A program made the translations under genes and the position numbers. Source: Candidatus Helarchaeota archaeon (GTDB taxonomy: Archaea; Asgardarchaeota; Lokiarchaeia; Helarchaeales; RDOG01). From it: 64,000 nt of DNA. Where the stretch lies: NCBI GenBank assembly GCA_019058315.1, contig JAHPZH010000003.1, positions 105,669 through 169,668 on the forward strand, given 5' to 3'. The notes under the pieces were generated by a model. It did not search any database, was not told where the DNA came from, and saw only the letters and a program-made list of their open reading frames with translations. Within the stretch, counting starts at the first letter, position 1, and the number at the start of each line of letters is the position of its first letter. This document shows, piece by piece, positions 19,527 through 29,635 of the stretch.

Positions 19527-20645
19527 TTATGAGACAGGTTTCCAAATTATCCCTAGTTTATCAGCATAATTTCTTGCTTCTTGAATTTCATCTCTTGTGA
19601 GACGGCGATTAATATCGGAAAGTATCGGATCATAAGGAACTTTGTGGGAAGGATGGTATTGTGCCATTACATTTACTATTGCACGAGGACAATTTTCGGC
19701 GATCCAATCCAATATAGGTTTTGTGCAACATTCTACATGGTTAGGCATTACTAAATGCCGTATAATCATTTCACCATTATCATTATCATGGGCCATTTTA
19801 TGATTTCTTGTCGTAATTTCCCAGAAATTAGTTGCATTTGAAAGTTTTTTTGCACATTCATCATTTCCATATTTGAAATCGGGAAGCCAGAAATCCATTA
19901 AGTCAAGGATAAGCTTCATTGTTTCAAGAGAACAATAATGATTGGAATTCCAGAGTTGGGTTATGTTTTGAGTTTGATATTTTAGCGACTCAATGATAAA
20001 ATATGTGTTTGGAAGTGGTGTAACGTAATTAATATTTCTAGCTTTTTCTTCTCTAGCTAGATGATTGGCGAAATGTCCCAATTTTTCAGATGAGGCGTCA
20101 ACACCAGCTTTAGGTTTGGTCGATATATCCCAATTTTGACAAAATTTACACGAAAATACACAACTGCAAAAAAATATCGTACCAGAAGGAACTAAAGGAG
20201 GTTCTTCTCCAAAATGTAAATGCGCACTAGAGATGTTTGCTACATTTCCAACTTTACAATACCCCAATTCACCATTTAAACGATTTATTCTGCACTTTCT
20301 CTCACATAAATGGCATTCAGACATAATCCTCCTACCCAATTCTATTTTTAAATCCAAATAAGAGGTTTTAGGAATTCTGAGATCCCTAAAAGTTAGCTTT
20401 CCTTGATCGATCTTTTTTAAAGTCTCTTTGAAATCCAAGCTTAGTTTCTCATGTTCATACCATAAATTTTCATTTGATTCAGATAAATTGATTTCTGCAG
20501 GAACTTTCTTTGCAATTTGGTATTTTGCAATTCGTTCATTATTCATAATAGCGTAATATCTACTTAATCTATCTTTAACTTCTTTTTTTTCCCATACTTT
20601 TACTGCGTCTGGTCTAACTACACGCCACATTGCAGTTCGATCCAA
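19527..20645 (-). CDS. Radical SAM protein, PflX family
   Basis: CHLCERKCRINR, HFGEEPPLVPSGTIFF, CVFSCKFCQNWDIS, PDFKYGN, IIRHLVMPNH, VNVMAQYHP. Confidence 0.9.
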   Translation of the reverse strand: MDRTAMWRVVRPDAVKVWEKKEVKDRLSRYYAIMNNERIAKYQIAKKVPAEINLSESNENLWYEHEKLSLDFKETLKKIDQGKLTFRDLRIPKTSYLDLKIELGRRIMSECHLCERKCRINRLNGELGYCKVGNVANISSAHLHFGEEPPLVPSGTIFFCSCVFSCKFCQNWDISTKPKAGVDASSEKLGHFANHLAREEKARNINYVTPLPNTYFIIESLKYQTQNITQLWNSNHYCSLETMKLILDLMDFWLPDFKYGNDECAKKLSNATNFWEITTRNHKMAHDNDNGEMIIRHLVMPNHVECCTKPILDWIAENCPRAIVNVMAQYHPSHKVPYDPILSDINRRLTRDEIQEARNYADKLGIIWKPVS

Positions 20646-20745
20646 TATTTTATAGAAATTTCTAAAAATATTAGTAAAAAAATTGAATTTTAGATTTTCT
20701 AAATAATTGATGATTATTAACTAAAACTTTTAAGTTACTTTGTTT

Positions 20746-21105
20746 CTATTCTTCCTTTATCCCAAATATTTTATGTAATTCAGAGATCTTTGCATACATT
20801 AAAGGACCTGCTGCTGCGGTAGCTGGACCGATAGATCCACATCCTATACGTTGTCTTAAATATTCTTCTGTTTCCTTAAAAATTTCTTCCTTTTTTCCCT
20901 TATTTCTCTCCCAGCGCCAAACTGCAAAAGAAATTATTTCATCTGCCATATATTCAAGTTCCTTTAGTCTTTTTGCGATATGTTCACCCGTTATATCCCT
21001 CCCAGTTTCAGGATCAATTACCATCTGTACTAAAGGAGGTTCTATTGGTTTCGTTTCTTCAGGAATAAATTCTTCTTTTTTAGACTTTTTTTTCTTGGAT
21101 TCCAT
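20746..21105 (-). CDS. Hypothetical protein
   Basis: 119 aa ATG ORF, no recognisable motif. Confidence 0.7.
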   Translation of the reverse strand: MESKKKKSKKEEFIPEETKPIEPPLVQMVIDPETGRDITGEHIAKRLKELEYMADEIISFAVWRWERNKGKKEEIFKETEEYLRQRIGCGSIGPATAAAGPLMYAKISELHKIFGIKEE

Positions 21106-21379
21106 GATGTTTAATTTAAAAATCCTTCAATAAAAAATTTCCTAGAGTGAATAATATCATTACCAGTTAAAATAGAAAGTAGATTATAATAAATTATTAT
21201 TAATTTTTTTTATATAGTGTAAAAAATATCTATGGGATTGAATTGGAGTAATTAGTTAATCTAACCAAGCCAAATATCTTCAACCCAGAATTTTAAATTG
21301 AAGTATTATATTCAAGCATAAAAATTTTTAATATAAACAAATAAATTAAAATGAGTTTAAAATTCATCTTCGGTGGAGA

Positions 21380-21913
21380 ATGACAATGGGATTAACCTAC
21401 AGATGTAAGTTAATATTATTTGGAAATGCTGCAGTTGGAAAAACATCAATTATTGATATGTATGTAAATAATAAATTTGAAGAAGAATATATTTCAACTC
21501 TTGGTTATAATGTTTTTGAAAAAAGTATTAAAATGAAGGATGAAAATATAGTAAATTTTATGATTTTTGATATAGGGGGACAAGAACAGTTTGAAGAACT
21601 AAGAAAGAAATATGCCGCTGGTGCTAAAGCCGCTCTTTTAGTTTATGATGTTACAAATAGAGAATCATTTGAAAACATAAAAAAATGGCAGAATGATCTT
21701 ATCAATTTTACAGAAAATGCTACTTTTATATTAGTTGGCAATAAAGTTGATTTAGAAGATGCAAGACAAATTCAAAAAGATGAGGGAGAAGCTTTAGCTA
21801 GTGATATTGGAGCGTATGGATTTTTTGAAACCTCAGCAAAAACAAATACAGAAATCGATGAAGCATTTCATAAATTAGCACAAGCATATTTAGAAATAGT
21901 TATCTCAAAATAA
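21380..21913 (+). CDS. Rab-like small GTPase (copy 1)
   Basis: G1 GNAAVGKTS, G2 YISTLG, G3 DIGGQE, LVYDVTNRESF, G4 GNKVD, G5 ETSAK; no C-terminal Cys motif. Confidence 0.95.
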   Translation: MTMGLTYRCKLILFGNAAVGKTSIIDMYVNNKFEEEYISTLGYNVFEKSIKMKDENIVNFMIFDIGGQEQFEELRKKYAAGAKAALLVYDVTNRESFENIKKWQNDLINFTENATFILVGNKVDLEDARQIQKDEGEALASDIGAYGFFETSAKTNTEIDEAFHKLAQAYLEIVISK

Positions 21914-21942
21914 GTAAATTATAATAATTTCTATTTTTTTAA

Positions 21943-23064
21943 TTATCTTGAAAACAATTCAGCAACTATATTTTCTACTGGATAAAATACGTCGATATTC
22001 CCGTCCCAATCCTTTAGGATGTTCTGATATAGATTTTCAACTTTATTAATAAATTGTTCTAAATTAAAAATTATTGAATTTAGTTTTTCATTGCTAATAA
22101 ATACTCCTGTAAGAAATTTACCGGAAAATATGTTTACTATCTTTCCTCTCTTCTCAATGATAGAGATTTTAGCGTCCGAAGCAGGGATTAGCTCTTCTAA
22201 CATAATATTAACGCTTGTTATAGCGCCAGACATTAAGACTTCAGTGATTTTTGCATCCTTATCAATAAATGATTTATAAAATGCACATAGACCAGAAGAT
22301 TTATCTATTAGAAGAATTTCTTCAACTTTACCTTGCCAATCAAATTCGGAGAACGGAGGTAGCTTTATGAAGAAACGAGATATTAATCCAAAGGATATTA
22401 ATTGAAGCACAGCTCCAAATAATTTGAATTCTAGACCAAATAATTTTAGGAAAAAATCAGTTGAAAATACTATACCTATTGATAATAAAAAAATCGGTGG
22501 AATAACAGTTATTAACTCAATTAGGACGTTTTCTTTATTCTTTGCTTTCTTAAAAAAATCATTGAAATACATTGTGATAAATAAGAGGACTATTGGTCCA
22601 TAAATATATAATGAGATTCTAATAATGGTTAAATTGAATAAAAATAAAGAATAAAAGAATATTACAAGCGAACCTAAACAAGTTGTAAAGAAATATTTTT
22701 TATAAACATATATTTTGTACTTTTCAATAAAATAAACAAGAATTAATGCACCAAATATAAAGGACATGTAGCCTAAATTAAGAAATAAATCCCGGAAACT
22801 ACCACTACTCCAAATAATAAAGGGGGAAATTACAAAATTTGAAGAAAAATAGTCACTAATAATTAAAAAAAGTCTCATAAGAGAAAAATCAAAAAAGAAA
22901 TAAGAAAAACCGAGTTCTTGAGATGATCTAAGTTGTTTTGGTTGCTTTAAATATTTCATAAAAAATATTATCCCAAGTTCTAACGAAATAACAGCATTTA
23001 TCCATTCTACTATTAATAATGGAATTCTTAATGGTCCATAAATAGGAAAATCGACAAATACCAT
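21943..23064 (-). CDS. 7-TM membrane protein with C-terminal longin-like domain
   Basis: Seven hydrophobic segments, PPFSEFDW linker, ILLIDKSSGLCAF...LMSGAITSVNIMLEEL...LKDWDGNIDVF. Confidence 0.8.
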   Translation of the reverse strand: MVFVDFPIYGPLRIPLLIVEWINAVISLELGIIFFMKYLKQPKQLRSSQELGFSYFFFDFSLMRLFLIISDYFSSNFVISPFIIWSSGSFRDLFLNLGYMSFIFGALILVYFIEKYKIYVYKKYFFTTCLGSLVIFFYSLFLFNLTIIRISLYIYGPIVLLFITMYFNDFFKKAKNKENVLIELITVIPPIFLLSIGIVFSTDFFLKLFGLEFKLFGAVLQLISFGLISRFFIKLPPFSEFDWQGKVEEILLIDKSSGLCAFYKSFIDKDAKITEVLMSGAITSVNIMLEELIPASDAKISIIEKRGKIVNIFSGKFLTGVFISNEKLNSIIFNLEQFINKVENLYQNILKDWDGNIDVFYPVENIVAELFSR

Positions 23065-23075
23065 TTAAATACCCT

Positions 23076-24275
23076 TTAATCTTTTAATATACTTTCTATC
23101 AAGGTTGTAAAACCAATAAAAAATTGCTCCTGTTTTTCCTTTAAACTATCTAAATTTAATAAAATCTCCTTATAGTATGATTCAAAGTTTGATTTAATAC
23201 TCTTCAAAAAATAACGATGACTGGCTATATCTTTTTTAACAGATAAAGCGTATGTAATATTAAATGGTTTTATTCCATATTCCAATAGAAGAATAGAATC
23301 TTCATGTTTTATTTTGCTAATTTTTTCAGTTTTTGTATCAGTTATTTGAGTAATTATTGATTCAATTCCCATAATTCCTCCTGTAAGCAGCTTTTCCTTA
23401 AGATATTTAGTAGCATCGTCTTCAATTTCATTTTCAGAGCTATTTTTTTTAATTAGTTCCGTTAAATCACAATAAAAAAGACCCTTGTTATCCTTTTGAT
23501 TAATTATAAATAATTTTAAAAGATTATCTTTCCATTCAAATTCGTAGAAAGGGGGAAAATCATTAGCAGAAAAAAATATTATAATAAATCCTGTTAATAA
23601 AATAGATACCCCTATATAATATACAAATTCATTTAATCCTGGAGGAAAAATACCCAATCCAACCTGTACTGCAAAAACAATTGAAGTAAGACTTATAATT
23701 TCACCAATAAAAAATTGGAGAATTTTTTTTCTAATATCACCTACAGCTTTTTTAATCAATTTAATTTGAAAATTAAGAATGTAATAAGCTCCAGAAAGCG
23801 TAAAGATAATACTAATAATAAAAATTGGTGATCTTGTTGAGGGTAATGCAATAACAGCTATAATAGGTATAAAACTTAAGGCTGTTAGAATTTTTACAAT
23901 TTTAAGATTCATTATTGAGGAAAATTCCTCTAATATAATAAAAGAGAGAAATCCAATTGGGGCGGAAAAACCAAAAATCCAACCAATTCTAGTATAGATA
24001 TCTCTTAATCTTATATTAGTAACAAAAAGTCTTGATACATTTAAAAATAATGCACCCAGCACAATGAAAAAGGTAAACGCCCCAAATGATAACAATATTC
24101 TATTTAATTTAAGATTAACATCCTGAATTTTATGGTATTGATAAAAAAAGTAGATAGCTAGTTGAATACCAATAACAACGGCAGCAAAATAAACTAAAAA
24201 CTGAATTTCTTGATTAGGGGTAATTTGAGAAAGCATTATACTAATTACTTCAAACAATGTGGAACCCCTTTTCAT
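23076..24275 (-). CDS. 7-TM membrane protein with C-terminal longin-like domain
   Basis: Seven hydrophobic segments, PPFYEFEW linker, LFIINQKD...LLTGGIMGIESIITQI...ILLLEYG...FESYYKEIL. Confidence 0.8.
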   Translation of the reverse strand: MKRGSTLFEVISIMLSQITPNQEIQFLVYFAAVVIGIQLAIYFFYQYHKIQDVNLKLNRILLSFGAFTFFIVLGALFLNVSRLFVTNIRLRDIYTRIGWIFGFSAPIGFLSFIILEEFSSIMNLKIVKILTALSFIPIIAVIALPSTRSPIFIISIIFTLSGAYYILNFQIKLIKKAVGDIRKKILQFFIGEIISLTSIVFAVQVGLGIFPPGLNEFVYYIGVSILLTGFIIIFFSANDFPPFYEFEWKDNLLKLFIINQKDNKGLFYCDLTELIKKNSSENEIEDDATKYLKEKLLTGGIMGIESIITQITDTKTEKISKIKHEDSILLLEYGIKPFNITYALSVKKDIASHRYFLKSIKSNFESYYKEILLNLDSLKEKQEQFFIGFTTLIESILKD

Positions 24276-24477
24276 TATATTTTAATTATAATCTATTTTT
24301 ACCTCATATAACGATTTTTTAATCTATAATAGAATAATAATCTTTAAAATATTTATTAAAAAATTATATGTCTGGATATAAATATCAGATATTTTATGAA
24401 TAATATATCAATAAATTTTAATTTAAAAAAATAAAATAGAAATTAGTTTTTATTATATGTTACTGGGAGATTTTATA

Positions 24478-25002
24478 ATGGAACACGAATTCAGATTCAA
24501 ATTAGTACTCTTCGGTAATGTGGCTGTAGGGAAAACCTCTATAGTTGATAGATATATAAATGATAAGTTTGAACAAGAATATATATCAACTTTAGGATAT
24601 AATGTTTTCGAAAAAAATATTGATGTGGGCGGAACTAGTGTTGCATTTATGATATTCGATATTGGAGGACAGGAACAATTTGAAGAGCTTCGGAAAAAAT
24701 ATGCAACAGGTGCAAAAGCAGCATTCTTAGTTTATGACGTTACAAATAGAGAAACATTCGATAATATAAAAAAATGGAATATAGATTTAGAGAAATTTTC
24801 AGACAATGCAACATTTATTTTAGTCGGGAATAAAGTTGATTTAGAAGATTTAAGAAAAGTACAGGTAAGAGAGGGAGCAGACTTAGCAAATGATATAGGT
24901 GCTGTAGGGTTTTTCGAAACTTCGGCAAAGACAGGCGAAGGAATAGATGATTCATTCTATAGATTGGCTCAAATATTACTAGAGAAAATGAAAAAATCAT
25001 AA
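24478..25002 (+). CDS. Rab-like small GTPase (copy 2)
   Basis: GNVAVGKTS, YISTLG, DIGGQE, GNKVD, ETSAK. Start placed at ATG 24478 after GGGAG (the ORF track gives 24457). Confidence 0.95.
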   Translation: MEHEFRFKLVLFGNVAVGKTSIVDRYINDKFEQEYISTLGYNVFEKNIDVGGTSVAFMIFDIGGQEQFEELRKKYATGAKAAFLVYDVTNRETFDNIKKWNIDLEKFSDNATFILVGNKVDLEDLRKVQVREGADLANDIGAVGFFETSAKTGEGIDDSFYRLAQILLEKMKKS

Positions 25003-25100
25003 TATATGAGAATAAAAATTTAATAGTTATTCAATTTTTTATCGTTCTATTAATATTTAAATGGTTTTTTATTTAAATTATAGGAGCATGGAAGCATATA

Positions 25101-26222
25101 TTGATAATTTTTAATACAATAAGAGAAGCAATGTTACGATTGGACTTTTTAATTGTTATTCTCACCATTGAATTATCTTTAATTTTTATCAGGCAATGGT
25201 ATATGGATAAGAAACAAAAATCTGAAAATATAGTCTCCCTTAGTTATGGTATTTACTACCTAATCATAGGACTAGGTTTTGCAATATATTCAATAAGAAG
25301 ACATTATCTTAATAATAACCCATTTTGGAGATTTTTTGGAATTCAATCGAATTATTCATATTTTCTTTTTATTTTAGCAATATTTAGTATGTGTTGTGGA
25401 TCACTTCTATTTTCTTTAGCACTAGAGTTTAAATACAGAAAATTTTTAAAAACCAAATTTAGTTTTTCGCTATTTTTAGCAAGTCTATTATTTATGCTTT
25501 TAATTTTTCAAAAAACACCTTTTTTTTTCCCAATTATTAATTCATTTGCTGTCTTCTCTGCACTTTTTCCATATCTATTTATTTATTATTTAATTGTAAA
25601 TACATTAGGAAGAATTAGAAAAAAACTAATTTTTGGAGCAATTTCTTTAACAATTACAATTATTGGATTGGCGGGTGTATCAGACCAAGGTATAATGATT
25701 TTAAAAAATGTTTCGCCTTATTTTGAACCTTATTTAATTATATTTCAATTATTAGGTGTGTTTGGATTAATTTTATTAATCCTTTCTTTTTGGGGGTTTA
25801 ATTTATTATTAGAAGCTCAATGGAAAGGGAATATAATATCACTTTTTATAATCGATAGATATAGAGGAGATCCTTTATTTACAAAGAAATTTTTGCCAGA
25901 TATTCGAGATGTTGAAGATACAGATGGATTTTTAGCGAAAGGTTTAAAGGGTATTATAGGTCAGATAAGTGAATTATCAGAAACCAAAAAAAACTTACAT
26001 ATTATAGATAAGGAAAATTTAAAAATTGTATTACATTATGGAGAAAAAATTGTTTCTGCTTTATTGATAAGAAGAGAATTAATGAATATTAATTATATTC
26101 TTTCAAAAATAACACTAAAATTTGAGGATAATTTTCTGCCTTTTTATGATTCATGGTTAAAAGAGGATGATATTTTTAAGCCAATGGATAAAATTATTGG
26201 AGAATTAATTCCAGGTATTTAG
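25101..26222 (+). CDS. 7-TM membrane protein with C-terminal longin-like domain
   Basis: Seven hydrophobic segments, LLEAQW linker, LFIIDRYRGDPLF...FLAKGLKGIIGQISEL...IVLHYGEKIVSALLI. Confidence 0.8.
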   Translation: MIIFNTIREAMLRLDFLIVILTIELSLIFIRQWYMDKKQKSENIVSLSYGIYYLIIGLGFAIYSIRRHYLNNNPFWRFFGIQSNYSYFLFILAIFSMCCGSLLFSLALEFKYRKFLKTKFSFSLFLASLLFMLLIFQKTPFFFPIINSFAVFSALFPYLFIYYLIVNTLGRIRKKLIFGAISLTITIIGLAGVSDQGIMILKNVSPYFEPYLIIFQLLGVFGLILLILSFWGFNLLLEAQWKGNIISLFIIDRYRGDPLFTKKFLPDIRDVEDTDGFLAKGLKGIIGQISELSETKKNLHIIDKENLKIVLHYGEKIVSALLIRRELMNINYILSKITLKFEDNFLPFYDSWLKEDDIFKPMDKIIGELIPGI

Positions 26223-26232
26223 GTGCGATTTT

Positions 26233-27297
26233 TTGCTAGAAATAGTATTTTTAGGAGAAAATAGAGAAATAGCTATGGTAGTAGAGGGAATATTAATTTT
26301 ATTATGTTGGCAATTCTCAGTTTATTTTTCATATAAATATTATCGAAATGTAAAAGATCAAAAATTATCAAGAAATGAATTGGATTGGGCACTATTTTTT
26401 GTATCATTTGGATTTACACATTTTTTTTATCAATTTGCGGATTATTATCCAGTGGATCACCAATTTTTTTCGTTTTTGGGTTATATAAGCATGGGTATAG
26501 GGATATTTTTATTCACAACACATTTAGAAAAAATTAAAACGATTCAAACGAAATGGGTATTTCCAGCGATAACTTTTATTATTCTTCTTAGTTTTATAAT
26601 CACTTATATTTATGATCCCAGATTACCACAAACTTTAGCCATTATATTGATTATCCCAGCAACAATTATTATTCCATATTTCATATTTAGGATGTTTAAA
26701 ACTTTAAGTCGTAGATATCAATTCTATACTATAGGTCTATTTGGGGGGTTATCCTTTATTCTGGTTGGAAACCTTGGAGCATCTGATGTTGCCGTTTCCA
26801 TTTTTGGAACATATATAAGGATATTAGCGAGTCTATTAATGATATTAGGAATTAGTTTACTTGCGCTTTTTTTCAATATATTACCCTCACTATCAGAACT
26901 TAATTGGTATGATAAACTAAAATATATTATAATTATAGATCAAACCGGGATTTGCTTGTATGATGAAGATTTCCAAGAAAAAACTAGATTAAACAAAAGA
27001 TTATTAGCTGCTGCTTTATTCAACGTTCATGAATTTTTGGATCAAATGACAAAAGGATTCAAAAAGCTGAAAATTCTTGAAAAAGGAGATGAATTCTTTA
27101 TTTTAGAGTATGGACAACAAGTAATCGGAGTATTAGTAACTACAGAATTATTGGAATCTTTAAAATATCTTTTAAGAAGTTTTGTAATAGAATTTGAGAA
27201 TTTTTATTCAGATATTTTAAAATCTTGGAACGGTGATGCTCGAATGTTTCTCCCCACGTCCCAATTAACATCAAAAATATTCAAAAAGATTCGATGA
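26233..27297 (+). CDS. 7-TM membrane protein with C-terminal longin-like domain
   Basis: Seven hydrophobic segments, PSLSELNW linker, IIIIDQTGICLY...LLAAALFNVHEFLDQM...LKSWNGDARMF. Confidence 0.82.
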   Translation: MLEIVFLGENREIAMVVEGILILLCWQFSVYFSYKYYRNVKDQKLSRNELDWALFFVSFGFTHFFYQFADYYPVDHQFFSFLGYISMGIGIFLFTTHLEKIKTIQTKWVFPAITFIILLSFIITYIYDPRLPQTLAIILIIPATIIIPYFIFRMFKTLSRRYQFYTIGLFGGLSFILVGNLGASDVAVSIFGTYIRILASLLMILGISLLALFFNILPSLSELNWYDKLKYIIIIDQTGICLYDEDFQEKTRLNKRLLAAALFNVHEFLDQMTKGFKKLKILEKGDEFFILEYGQQVIGVLVTTELLESLKYLLRSFVIEFENFYSDILKSWNGDARMFLPTSQLTSKIFKKIR

Positions 27298-27345
27298 TAT
27301 TGTAAATTTGTTTAAAAAAATCAACCAATAAAGAAGTGTTTTATT

Positions 27346-27906
27346 TTGTTTCCAAGATATAATTTAAAAATTCTTGTTATTGGTATTTCAATCGTGATAT
27401 TTTGTGGAATTATGTTTCCAATTTTAAGCTATCCATGGGAATTTAGTGTTTTATTATCAGTATTATTAAATATTGGTCATTCTGTTGCCTTTTGGGGTAT
27501 GATCTTAATTTTTATTAATTTAGTTCTCCATTATACAAGAAAAAGACGTGATTATAAATTTAAGGAATTCGCAATGACTTCTGGACTTTCTTTTATACCT
27601 TTATTGATTTATAATATTTTTATACCAATTTTAAATAATTTAAAATCCGACAATCTCATCAGTGCTTGGGATATTAATTTAATAACGGTCAGTACAAATA
27701 GGGAATCCTTTCAAATCTTGTTTTTTTTCTCAAGGATAATAACAATATTGTGTATTTTTTTCTTTCTTTTACTCTTGAGCTTCAGTATAAGAGATACATT
27801 TGAACTCGAATTAATTAAAGCAATATATCTTTGTATCTTTATTGTACTAATAGCATACTTGATTTCGGATGGTTTATTCACCATATGGGAGTTCTTTGAA
27901 TTATGA
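27346..27906 (+). CDS. 5-TM membrane protein, Yip1-like
   Basis: Five hydrophobic segments; FKEFAMTSGLSFIPLLI and LSFSIRDTFELELIKAI resemble Yip1-domain motifs. Confidence 0.5.
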   Translation: MFPRYNLKILVIGISIVIFCGIMFPILSYPWEFSVLLSVLLNIGHSVAFWGMILIFINLVLHYTRKRRDYKFKEFAMTSGLSFIPLLIYNIFIPILNNLKSDNLISAWDINLITVSTNRESFQILFFFSRIITILCIFFFLLLLSFSIRDTFELELIKAIYLCIFIVLIAYLISDGLFTIWEFFEL

Positions 27907-29135
27907 GAAAACTGGAAACTGCTTTTTTATCTGCGATTCTAATCATTGCAGGTGTTTCATATTTATCATATTGGTGGATTGAAACTGATGTTACGCCACA
28001 GAATAGAGTGGTTGATTTATGGGGAATAGACCCATTTTCTATTGGATTACAATATGGATTATCTTGTAAAAATGAAATTCAAGGTATATGTTCAGGTCTG
28101 ACTCTAGTAGATGGTCTTTTTAAGCTCATTACGAATTTAGCGAGTATTCATTTTACTTTTATAATGCAACCTTTTGTCCCAAAAGAATATCTAATAGAAA
28201 TGTGTGGAGTTGCTTTAGGAGCAGGCGTGACTTATAATCAGATTTTTTTTCTGAATTATATGGCGGATTACATGCAGATATTATCAGAAAGTGCAATGAG
28301 TTGCTCACAATTTATTTTAATCAATAATACTCTTCCAATTTATGGGCCAATGTTTGGACGAACATTAGATTATCCAGGAGACGTGGTGTTGGATAGATAT
28401 CAGGTTATTATAAGACTAAATGACTATCCCGGTAGTGGACATTCAATAATCGGGCATACAATCGCTGGAATGATTGGATACTTAACTGGGATAAATGAAG
28501 AAGGATTAACTATTGGTGTAAGTCAGATTAATCCTCATAAAATTGATATTGGTCCTGGAATGTCTTGTGTATTAGCAATTCGGGATATTCTTCAACATAA
28601 TGAGACTACTGAACAAGCTGCAAAGACTTTTGGTGATTATGAGCGTCATACAGTAGGAGCATGGTGTTTTGCGATATTAGATGGGAATGGTTCTGCAGCA
28701 GTTGTTGAATTAGCTCATAAAATTCCAGATACGCAAGAAGTATTTAATAATACAATAAAGGGTGATGATTTACCTTTCATGGTAATTACCAATCATTTTA
28801 TATCCCCTGAAATGTATCCTCTCTCCGCTCATTCTCAACAATCAGAAGCTAGATTCGATGCTTTACTTCATGAAATTCCAAAAATACCTTATCATGATTT
28901 ATCGTCAGCAATTAATTTATTAAAGTCCCATTATGATCCAATTTTAAAGTGTAACAATCCAGGTCATCGAACCGTATGTAATCATGGAATACAGCCCTAT
29001 CATGGTACAATGGGAGGTTTTATTGGAGTACCTAAGACCCCTATGGCGGTTTTTTGCCTTGGTCGACCATGTGAATCAGATTTTTATATTATGACTTTTG
29101 AGCCAATTAATTATCTCATTGGACCAATTACTTAA
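27903..29135 (+). CDS. Membrane-anchored Ntn-hydrolase, peptidase C45 / acid-ceramidase-like
   Basis: Autocleavage Cys in MS|CSQF, GRTLDY, TGINEEGL, ITNHF; N-terminal TM; 4 bp overlap with the upstream gene. Confidence 0.85.
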   Translation: MRKLETAFLSAILIIAGVSYLSYWWIETDVTPQNRVVDLWGIDPFSIGLQYGLSCKNEIQGICSGLTLVDGLFKLITNLASIHFTFIMQPFVPKEYLIEMCGVALGAGVTYNQIFFLNYMADYMQILSESAMSCSQFILINNTLPIYGPMFGRTLDYPGDVVLDRYQVIIRLNDYPGSGHSIIGHTIAGMIGYLTGINEEGLTIGVSQINPHKIDIGPGMSCVLAIRDILQHNETTEQAAKTFGDYERHTVGAWCFAILDGNGSAAVVELAHKIPDTQEVFNNTIKGDDLPFMVITNHFISPEMYPLSAHSQQSEARFDALLHEIPKIPYHDLSSAINLLKSHYDPILKCNNPGHRTVCNHGIQPYHGTMGGFIGVPKTPMAVFCLGRPCESDFYIMTFEPINYLIGPIT

Positions 29136-29147
29136 GGAGATAAAAAT

Positions 29148-29561
29148 ATGGAATTTGAATTAAAAGAAACGAAATTTGAAGAAAAAATAACCCCTATTAA
29201 AATTTATCTAAAAAGAATCTTAAGAATATTAGTCAGTTCATTAGTTGGAATAATCGCAGGATTGGGTATGTTAGTTCTAAATATCTTTTGGTCTATGAAT
29301 TTCATTCCTGAAATATCTTATAATGATAAAATGTCATTTTCAATTATTTCATTAGGATTACAAGCACTTTTCATCTTGGGTCCACAATTTATTGCAGGTT
29401 TTATCTCAACAAGTATTAAAAAGGCATTAATAACAGCAATAGTTGTAACCGCAACTTTAGGTACTATTTCATTTTTGTTTAGTGTAATTCAAGGAGTGGT
29501 AAACTCAGCAATAATTATTCTAGGAATTTATATAGGCGGATATTATGCTGAACGACTTTAA
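29148..29561 (+). CDS. Small 4-TM membrane protein
   Basis: Hydrophobic segments; AGGAG SD; same operon. Confidence 0.75.
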   Translation: MEFELKETKFEEKITPIKIYLKRILRILVSSLVGIIAGLGMLVLNIFWSMNFIPEISYNDKMSFSIISLGLQALFILGPQFIAGFISTSIKKALITAIVVTATLGTISFLFSVIQGVVNSAIIILGIYIGGYYAERL

Positions 29562-29635
29562 GTAAATTAATTATTGATCTTAAGAACACTTTAGATTAAA
29601 AATTGATAAAAAAGAATAAAATATTGTTTGAATTT

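Noticed and set aside
21321-24450. Similar AT-rich ~38 bp stretches upstream of both Rab-like genes (21321-21358, 24411-24449) and an imperfect palindrome at 24371-24389
   Set aside because: Could be a co-duplicated promoter, but the sequence is almost all A/T, so chance similarity cannot be excluded by eye
21943-27297. 7TM proteins as rhodopsins or true GPCR homologs
   Set aside because: No conserved retinal-binding Lys in mid-TM7 and no DRY/NPxxY motifs; the GPCR comparison is functional analogy only
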